Assembly (NCBI GenBank): GCA_016711605.1
Contig: JADJSS010000004.1
Span: 2,320-66,319, forward strand
DNA from: Saprospirales bacterium
Lineage (GTDB): Bacteria > Bacteroidota > Bacteroidia > Chitinophagales > JADIYW01
DNA length: 64,000 nucleotides
Reading direction: 5' to 3'
Part shown: positions 57,510-64,000 of the stretch, piece after piece
Position numbering within the stretch: position 1 is the first letter of the stretch
Layout: the number at the start of each line of letters is the position of its first letter
The notes under the pieces: generated by a model
What the model saw: the letters and a program-made list of their open reading frames with translations, nothing else
Told to the model about the DNA's origin: nothing
Databases searched by the model: none
Translations under genes and position numbers: made by a program

Positions 57510-58232
57510 TCATAAAGCTAATTTTCGCACTTTCTCTAAATCATCAGGTGTATCAACGCTGATGCTTTCGTGTTCAGTAATGCCAACTTTGATTTTGTAT
57601 CCGTTGTCGAGCCAGCGCAATTGTTCCAGATGCAGACGCAATTCGTTTTCAGTAGGAGCGAGCTGAACAATTTTTTGTAAGACACTGGTTTTGAATCCAT
57701 AAATACCAATATGCTTATAGAAATTGTGAATTCTGAATTGTGAATTCTGAATTATTCTTACAAAGTCTGTTGCATACTGATTTTCATCAAAAACTGCTTT
57801 GACGATATTTGGATTTTGTAACAAAGACAAATCCTTTTCTTTTTTTACTTGTGTGATAATCTGTGCGTTAGCATCTTCAAATAAATGTGTCAATTCATCT
57901 ATTTGGATTGGATTAATCAATGGTTCATCACCTTGAATGTTGATGACGTAATCGTATTCTTCGACAAGCTCAGAATGACTCAAGACTTCAGCACAGCGCG
58001 AAGTTCCATTTAAATGGTTAGTTGAAGTCATACAAACTTCACCACCAAATGAAATTACAGTATCATAAATTAATTGATTATCAGTTGCTACAATAATTTT
58101 ACTTAAAGTTTTAGTTTGCAGACAGCGTTCAAACACATGCTGAATCATCGGCTTTCCTGCAATATCAGCTAACGGTTTTCCTGGAAAACGAGTAGACTCG
58201 TAACGTGCTGGTATGATGCCAAGTATCTTCAA
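57510..58232 (-). CDS. kdsB: 3-deoxy-manno-octulosonate cytidylyltransferase
   Basis: The N-terminus is MKILGIIPARYESTRFPGKPL, and it has IQGDEP and HIGIYGF motifs. It is 240 aa long. Confidence 0.9.
   Translation of the reverse strand: MKILGIIPARYESTRFPGKPLADIAGKPMIQHVFERCLQTKTLSKIIVATDNQLIYDTVISFGGEVCMTSTNHLNGTSRCAEVLSHSELVEEYDYVINIQGDEPLINPIQIDELTHLFEDANAQIITQVKKEKDLSLLQNPNIVKAVFDENQYATDFVRIIQNSQFRIHNFYKHIGIYGFKTSVLQKIVQLAPTENELRLHLEQLRWLDNGYKIKVGITEHESISVDTPDDLEKVRKLAL
57723..57757. repeat. Heptamer/14-mer tandem repeat inside the kdsB coding sequence
   Basis: The plus-strand units are attgtga attctga attgtga attctga attattc. They encode IIQNSQFRIHNF on the minus strand. Confidence 0.7.
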
Positions 58233-59576
58233 TTATGCTTTTTTTACTTTTACTGAATAACCTTGTACTTTGGTTACTATTATTTTAGTTCCTTTTAAAA
58301 TATATTCAGCATCAGAAATGGCATCGTATAAATTTCCTTCAATTTCTACTTTTCCACTTGGTCGACAATCCGAAATCACAATTCCTTCTAAACCAATTAC
58401 ATCTACCTGTTCGCTTTGTTTAATACTATAACCTTTATTTGATTTTTGATCATCTAATAAAACCATTTTTTTGAATACAGGAAAATTGAAAATGCTACCA
58501 CCAAACGCAGCAGCAAGCGAAATACCAATAATGAGCGTTATAGTTACTCTAAAAAGTGCGTAACCAATGGTTTCCATGATTCCATTCGGAAAAGTAAAGA
58601 AATCGTTGTTGATTAAGCTTAAAATTAAACCTAAAAGCACACAAACGATACCTAATATACCGACGACGCCAAAACCTGGAATCACAAAAATTTCTAAAGC
58701 AATCAGAATCAAGCCGATAAAGAATAATAAGATTTCCCAGTTTGCAGCTAAACCATCTAAATACAATGGTGCAAAATACAAAATTGCACCTAAAATGGCA
58801 ATTACAGTTGGTAAACCAATGCCTGGCATTTTTAACTCAAAGTAAATTCCTCCAAAAATCATCAGAATTAAAATGCTGTTTACAAATGGATTTAACAGGA
58901 AACCAACGAGTTTGTCAATCAACGTAACTTGGTGTTCTATTACTTTTGTGGAGGCACTTAATTTCGCATATACTTCTTTTTCATTTTTCACAACTCCTTC
59001 ACAGTAATTATTTTGTATAGCTTCTTTTGAAGTAAAGGTTAATATTTGAATAGAATCATTAATACCAGGAACCACGATGCGTTCGTCAACCATAGCTTCT
59101 GCGATGATTGGATTTCGGTGATTGGTTTCAGCAGTTGCTCGCATCAATCCGCGCATGTAAGACTGGTATTTGTCGATTTGCTTTTCGCCATTTTGGTCAA
59201 CCACAGTTGCCGCGCCAATGTTTGCTCCATCAATCATGTAGATGCTATCACACGCAATGGAAATCAGTGCGCCAGCAGAAGCAGCATTGTTATTAATAAA
59301 AACCACTGTTATTGGTTTAGCTTGCATCAAAATGGTTCGGATGGAATCTGCAGCGTCTAACATTCCACCGTAAGTGTTTAATGTCATCACAATGTAGTCT
59401 GCTTTTTGCGCTTCTGCTTCACGAACTGCTTTTTTTACTAAACGATAAGCAGCTCTGTCAATTTCCTGATTGAGTGTGAAATGATAGATTTTAGCTTGAT
59501 TTTGCGCAAATAATGAGTTTGAAAGTGCGAAAAATAACGCTAAAAGTAAAAGTTTTATGGATTGATTTTTGTTCAT
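58233..59576 (-). CDS. NfeD-family membrane-bound ClpP-class serine protease
   Basis: I chose the start MNKNQSIKLLLLALFF because of its signal peptide. The protein has a ClpP-like domain, several TM helices and a C-terminal NfeD OB-fold (GEGIVISDCRPSGKVEIEGNLYDA). Confidence 0.8.
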   Translation of the reverse strand: MNKNQSIKLLLLALFFALSNSLFAQNQAKIYHFTLNQEIDRAAYRLVKKAVREAEAQKADYIVMTLNTYGGMLDAADSIRTILMQAKPITVVFINNNAASAGALISIACDSIYMIDGANIGAATVVDQNGEKQIDKYQSYMRGLMRATAETNHRNPIIAEAMVDERIVVPGINDSIQILTFTSKEAIQNNYCEGVVKNEKEVYAKLSASTKVIEHQVTLIDKLVGFLLNPFVNSILILMIFGGIYFELKMPGIGLPTVIAILGAILYFAPLYLDGLAANWEILLFFIGLILIALEIFVIPGFGVVGILGIVCVLLGLILSLINNDFFTFPNGIMETIGYALFRVTITLIIGISLAAAFGGSIFNFPVFKKMVLLDDQKSNKGYSIKQSEQVDVIGLEGIVISDCRPSGKVEIEGNLYDAISDAEYILKGTKIIVTKVQGYSVKVKKA

Positions 59577-59651
59577 ATAAACTAGATGTTGAAAATTTAC
59601 TTTAATAATCAATGTAAAAGAGTTGATTTTTGTTCCCTAAACTACTGATTT

Positions 59652-60674
59652 ATGTTTAAAAAAATAGGATTTCTTTTTGTTTGTGTCTTTTTAATTTTGG
59701 TTTTGAATGCGCAAAATAAAGAAAAAGCGACAAAAGTACCACAATATGTGTTTCATACAGTAGTTTTTGGTGAAACCTTAAATATTATTGCTTTTAAATA
59801 TGAAGTTACAACAGTTGAAATTCAAAAAGCAAATCCATCATTGGTAGGAACTTCATTGATGCCTGATCAAATTTTGCGAATTCCTAACAAAAAGAAAACA
59901 AAAATCGAGGTAAATAATGCCACAATTCCTACTGTTTTAGATGATAAACCGAAAGTAAAATCTTTAAAATACGATAAAATAACAGTAGAGAAAGGAATGA
60001 CGCTGTATTCTATTTCCAAAAAATACAATGTAGATTTAGAAGATTTAAAGAAATGGAATGGTTTAACTACAAATGATGTGAAAATTGGAAGTCAACTAGT
60101 TATCAATCCAAAAAATAAAGGAAAAGCTGTTGTTGATCAAAAACCAAAAGAAATTAAAGTTGAACCCATTAAAAAAGAATTAATTGCAAAACAGCAACCT
60201 GCAACTTTAACACCTAAATCAAAAGAAGAAATTGCAAAAGCACAAGAATTGAAACCTAAAAATTCAATTAGTACAACAGATGAAACAGTTCAACAAATTG
60301 ACAATCAAATAGAAAAAGAAGATATTCCATGTTCAACAGATAACGAATCTCAGAAAGAATTAGCAAAAACATTTAAAATTTACAAAGATGTCGATAAATC
60401 TATTACCAATACAAAAGGAACTGGCGCGCCAATGACTACCAGTTTAGGAACAGTCGAAAATACTTATTTTGTCATGCATCGAACATTGTCAATTGGTACT
60501 GTGATAAAAGTTAAAAATTTAGTCAACAGCAAAACTATTTATGGTAAAGTAATTGGCAAACTTCCAGACACACAAGAAAACAAGAATGTAATTATTCGCT
60601 ATTCGTTAGGTATTAAAAAAGATTTACAATTGCAAAATGGCAAAAATTACGTTCAAATTGAATTTCCACAATAA
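59652..60674 (+). CDS. LysM-repeat peptidoglycan-binding protein
   Basis: It has a signal peptide, two LysM motifs (HTVVFGETLNIIAFKY..., ITVEKGMTLYSISKKYNV...), a Lys/Glu-rich linker and a C-terminal beta-rich domain. Confidence 0.75.
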   Translation: MFKKIGFLFVCVFLILVLNAQNKEKATKVPQYVFHTVVFGETLNIIAFKYEVTTVEIQKANPSLVGTSLMPDQILRIPNKKKTKIEVNNATIPTVLDDKPKVKSLKYDKITVEKGMTLYSISKKYNVDLEDLKKWNGLTTNDVKIGSQLVINPKNKGKAVVDQKPKEIKVEPIKKELIAKQQPATLTPKSKEEIAKAQELKPKNSISTTDETVQQIDNQIEKEDIPCSTDNESQKELAKTFKIYKDVDKSITNTKGTGAPMTTSLGTVENTYFVMHRTLSIGTVIKVKNLVNSKTIYGKVIGKLPDTQENKNVIIRYSLGIKKDLQLQNGKNYVQIEFPQ

Positions 60675-60769
60675 AATTTTGGCGTTAAATCATAATTAAA
60701 ACTGATTAAAATCATTTTTTAATTAAACAATAAAGTACCATATTTGTAGAAGAATTATCAGCTAACGAC

Positions 60770-62018
60770 GTGCAAGCATACAAAGTTATAACTATTACTC
60801 ACAAAACGACTAAAGTCAATAAATTGAAAGATTATTTATTGTCTGATGCTGATACGTCTGATTTTCCTGCAAATCGTCTCAAAGAATTGAAAGAAAGTTT
60901 TGGAATTGAAGAATTATTGTACCTAAACACTTGTAACAGAGTTACTTTTTTCTTTACACACGATAAAAAGATTGATAATAAATTTCTCAAAGACTTATTT
61001 TCATTTATCAATCCAAATCTAACAAAAGAGTTAATTAATCTGCATTTATCAAAAGCATTGGTTTTGAAGGTGAAGATGCTATCAAACATATTTTGGTGTT
61101 ACTGCTTCCTTAGATTCTTTGGTGATTGGTGAAAGAGAGATTTTAGGTCAAATAAAACAAGCATATCAACAATCTAAAAAACACCAATTATGTGGTGATA
61201 CTATTCGGTTAGCGTATCAGCAAGCCATTGTTTTTGCTAAAAAAATTCATTCAGAAACTCGAATTGGCGAAAAACCAATTTCAGTAGTTTCTTTAGCGTT
61301 TCGTTCGTTAACTGCAAGAAATTTCTTCAAATATGCCAACATTTTAATAATTGGAGCTGGTCAAACCAACAACCTAATGGCAAACTTGCTTACCAAAGAT
61401 GGTACTGAAAATAAAGTTTCAGTTTATAACAGAACACTAAGAAAAGCAGAAGAATTAGCAGCGCGTTTTAAAAATGCACAAGCATATGAGTTAGGAAAAT
61501 TAGCTCATCATAAAGAAGATATTGATATAATTTTAACTTGTACAGGCGCAAATTATGCTGTGTTAACCAAAGATATCTTCGATAAAATTGTTCCGAAACA
61601 TAGAAAAGTAACCATTGTAGATTTGGCAGTTCCGCAAGATGTAGAAGATGAAGTAATTGAATTGAAAAATGTAGATTACATTGATATCGCGTCATTAGAG
61701 AAAAAAGCTCAGGAAAATTTACAATTCAGAAAAGGTGAATTATATATTGCGCAAGCTTTGTTAGATGAGTTTGTTATTGGTTTTAATGAATTGTATAAAG
61801 AACGACGTTTAGAATTAGCATTGTCTAACATTCCAAATGAAGTGAAAAACATAAAAAACAATGCTATTCAGCAAACCTTCAAAAAAGATATTGAAAGTTT
61901 AGATCAAAACTCAAAAGATGTTTTAGAAAAAGTGATGCAATATATGGAAGAAAAATACATTGCACTTCCGTTCAAAGCTGCTAAAAAAAATCTACTCAAC
62001 AAAAAATTCAGACCATAA
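60770..62018 (+). pseudogene. hemA: Glutamyl-tRNA reductase interrupted by one frameshift
   Basis: It has the NTCNRVTFFF active-site region. Adding one T to the T4 run at 61062-61065 restores ...[39 protein letters not shown]. The N-terminal part uses a GTG start at 60770. Confidence 0.85.
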
Positions 62019-62136
62019 CTTTTAGTTTGCTGTTTACAATTGTTTAATTTGCAACATATTTTATAATTTCATTCAATCTTATTTTTTAATCATAATTAGT
62101 TGCGAACTGTTATCTTTGCAAACTGTAAATTCATAA

Positions 62137-63726
62137 ATGAAATCACCAATAATCATCGGAACTCGTGGTAGCGAATTGGCTTTGTGGCAAGCAAATTTTA
62201 CCAAAAACGAATTAGAAAAGAATGGCATTAAAGCTGAATTAAAAATCATTAAAACCAAAGGAGACACCACGCAACAATGGAATACTAGTTTTAACAAGTT
62301 AGAAGGAAAAGGTTTTTTTACGAAAGAATTAGAAGATGAATTATTGGATGGAACCATTGATTTGGCTGTACATTCCTGCAAAGATTTACCAACTGAATAT
62401 CCAATTGGTTTAACCATAGCTGCTTATTCAAAACGTGCAAATCCGTTTGATATCTTAATCATTAGAAAAGATAAAATAGATGAAACAAAAGTGCTCAAAT
62501 TGCCAGCAAACGCAATTGTTGGTACGTCAAGCGCACGCAGAAAAGCACAGTTATTAGCATTCAGAAAGGATATTGAATTAAACGATATTCGTGGTAACGT
62601 TCCAACTCGCATCAATAAATTGAGAAATCAGGAATTTGATGCCATAGTATTAGCAGCAGCTGGTGTAGAGCGATTAGCCATCAACTTAGATGAATTTGAG
62701 GTCGTTGAACTAAAAGCACCAATGTTTGTGCCTGCACCAGCGCAAGGTGTGTTGGCGTTTCAAATCAGAGAAAATGATTTGGAAATGATTGATATTTGCA
62801 AAATATTGAACGATGAAGATAGCCATATCAATACAAAAATTGAACGCGATTTACTGCACGATTTTGAAGGTGGTTGCCAGATTCCTTTAGGTGTTTTTTC
62901 TAAAAAAGAAAATGATTTAGTGCATACTTGGATTAGCTATGCAGATTCTTGGAACGCTATTCCAAAACGAATGCACTTTGTAGAAAGCGAAACAAATGTC
63001 ATTTCGAGTTTATTTAGAAACCAAATCGTAGAAAAACTCAAAAATCATCAACCAACCAGTGTTTTTATTTCTTCAGATTTAAGCGAAGATGAATATTTAG
63101 TTCGTGTATTAAAATCGCATGATTATAAAGTAAATTATGAATCATTCATTGAGTTTAAATCCATAGATTTCACTCTGCCAAACGATACAGATTGGTTGTT
63201 TTTTAGCAGCAAAAATGGAGTGAAGCATTTTTTTAAATCTCAAATCTCTTCCGAAATTTCGGAACTCAAATCTCAAATCAATATTGCAGCTATTAATCAA
63301 GGAACAGCACAGGCAATTTATGAACTAGGTTTAAAAGTTGATTTTATAGGTAATGGAAGCGATTTACAAAAAATTGCGCAAGATTTTGATGCAGTTGCAA
63401 ACGGTAAAATAGTGTTTCCACAAGCAAAAAAATCGATGCAAAGTATTCAAAACAATCTTACTAAAAATAAAAATGTAGAATCATTAATTGTCTATCATAA
63501 TCAAACAAAATCAACCATAGAAAAAAGGAGTGAAGCTGTTTTAATTTTTACGAGTCCAATGAGTGTAGAAGCATATTTTACAAAATATACACTAGAAATT
63601 TTTCAGCAAATTATTTCAATTGGCAAAACAACATCCAAAAAACTACAAGAATTTTCGTTGAAAAATATAAAAACTGCGTACGAGCCGTCAAATTGGTGCT
63701 TAATTGATGAAGTGATGAATGTTTAG
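62137..63726 (+). CDS. hemC/hemD: Fused hydroxymethylbilane synthase / uroporphyrinogen-III synthase
   Basis: The N-terminal ~300 aa are HemC (IIIGTRGSELALWQAN, GNVPTRINKL, dipyrromethane Cys context EGGCQIPLG). The C-terminal ~230 aa are HemD-like (VFISS..., FFSSKNGVKHF, IFTSPMSVEAY). Confidence 0.85.
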   Translation: MKSPIIIGTRGSELALWQANFTKNELEKNGIKAELKIIKTKGDTTQQWNTSFNKLEGKGFFTKELEDELLDGTIDLAVHSCKDLPTEYPIGLTIAAYSKRANPFDILIIRKDKIDETKVLKLPANAIVGTSSARRKAQLLAFRKDIELNDIRGNVPTRINKLRNQEFDAIVLAAAGVERLAINLDEFEVVELKAPMFVPAPAQGVLAFQIRENDLEMIDICKILNDEDSHINTKIERDLLHDFEGGCQIPLGVFSKKENDLVHTWISYADSWNAIPKRMHFVESETNVISSLFRNQIVEKLKNHQPTSVFISSDLSEDEYLVRVLKSHDYKVNYESFIEFKSIDFTLPNDTDWLFFSSKNGVKHFFKSQISSEISELKSQINIAAINQGTAQAIYELGLKVDFIGNGSDLQKIAQDFDAVANGKIVFPQAKKSMQSIQNNLTKNKNVESLIVYHNQTKSTIEKRSEAVLIFTSPMSVEAYFTKYTLEIFQQIISIGKTTSKKLQEFSLKNIKTAYEPSNWCLIDEVMNV

Positions 63727-63796
63727 TAGTTTTTTATTAAGAACATTTAACATTTTAACATTTTTTCCTTATATTTAGCTAACACATACAGCTACT

Positions 63797-64000
63797 ATGA
63801 GAAAATTCTATTTTTTATTCTCGTTTCTATTTGTTTCCATTCAACTTTATTCGCAAAAAGAAGCCAATAATTGGTACTTCGGTCAAAAAGCTGGAATTAC
63901 CTTTAACTCAGGCGCACCTGTCGCATTAACCAATGGACAACTACAAACTTTGGAAGGCTGCTCATCTATTTCTGATGCAAGTGGTAATTTATTATTTTAT
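63797..64000 (+). CDS. N-terminus of a secreted (probably large T9SS/gliding-associated) protein; the gene runs off the window end
   Basis: It reads MRKFYFLFSFLFVSIQLYSQKEANNWYFGQKAGITFNSG.... This is a signal peptide plus the NWYFG...AG(I/L)xF start that I associate with large Bacteroidota surface proteins. Confidence 0.55.
   Translation, partial: MRKFYFLFSFLFVSIQLYSQKEANNWYFGQKAGITFNSGAPVALTNGQLQTLEGCSSISDASGNLLFY

Overview
The window is an AT-rich chromosomal segment that looks like Bacteroidota. The evidence is type A and type B T9SS C-terminal sorting domains, a PorP/SprF gene, a TonB-dependent receptor and TAnnTTTG-type -7 boxes. It carries about 55 mostly housekeeping genes. These include an interrupted valS, thrA-thrB, an interrupted hemA followed by a hemC/hemD fusion, kdsB, ubiX, folB, cdd, a glutaryl-CoA dehydrogenase, a carboxyltransferase, a MATE pump, a DMT transporter and an ABC ATPase. 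There is also a 1541-aa PKD-repeat T9SS cargo with its PorP/SprF partner, tRNA-Val(TAC) and tRNA-Cys(GCA). I see no rRNA, CRISPR array, transposase, integrase or phage genes, and no recognisable defence island. Seven things deserve a second look. (1) A fluoride (crcB-type) riboswitch sits ahead of a CLC-F type channel. (2) A G+C-enriched element of about 250 bp, made of three degenerate ~75-80 bp tandem units, lies between tRNA-Val and a TonB-dependent receptor. (3) An 84-nt element of four perfect stems forms a four-way junction. (4) Degenerate heptamer (period-7) tandem arrays fill many intergenic spacers and also occur inside valS and kdsB, and an (AGTGAA)n hexamer occurs at four loci. (5) valS carries an in-frame TGA and a frameshift inside the hexamer tract. 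(6) Several genes have single-base homopolymer frameshifts, and two loci look truly decayed. (7) A ~290 bp spacer full of G/C and A/T homopolymers looks like either poor sequence or a G-run-rich element. All calls come from reading the sequence and ORF translations by eye. No searches or folding programs were run.
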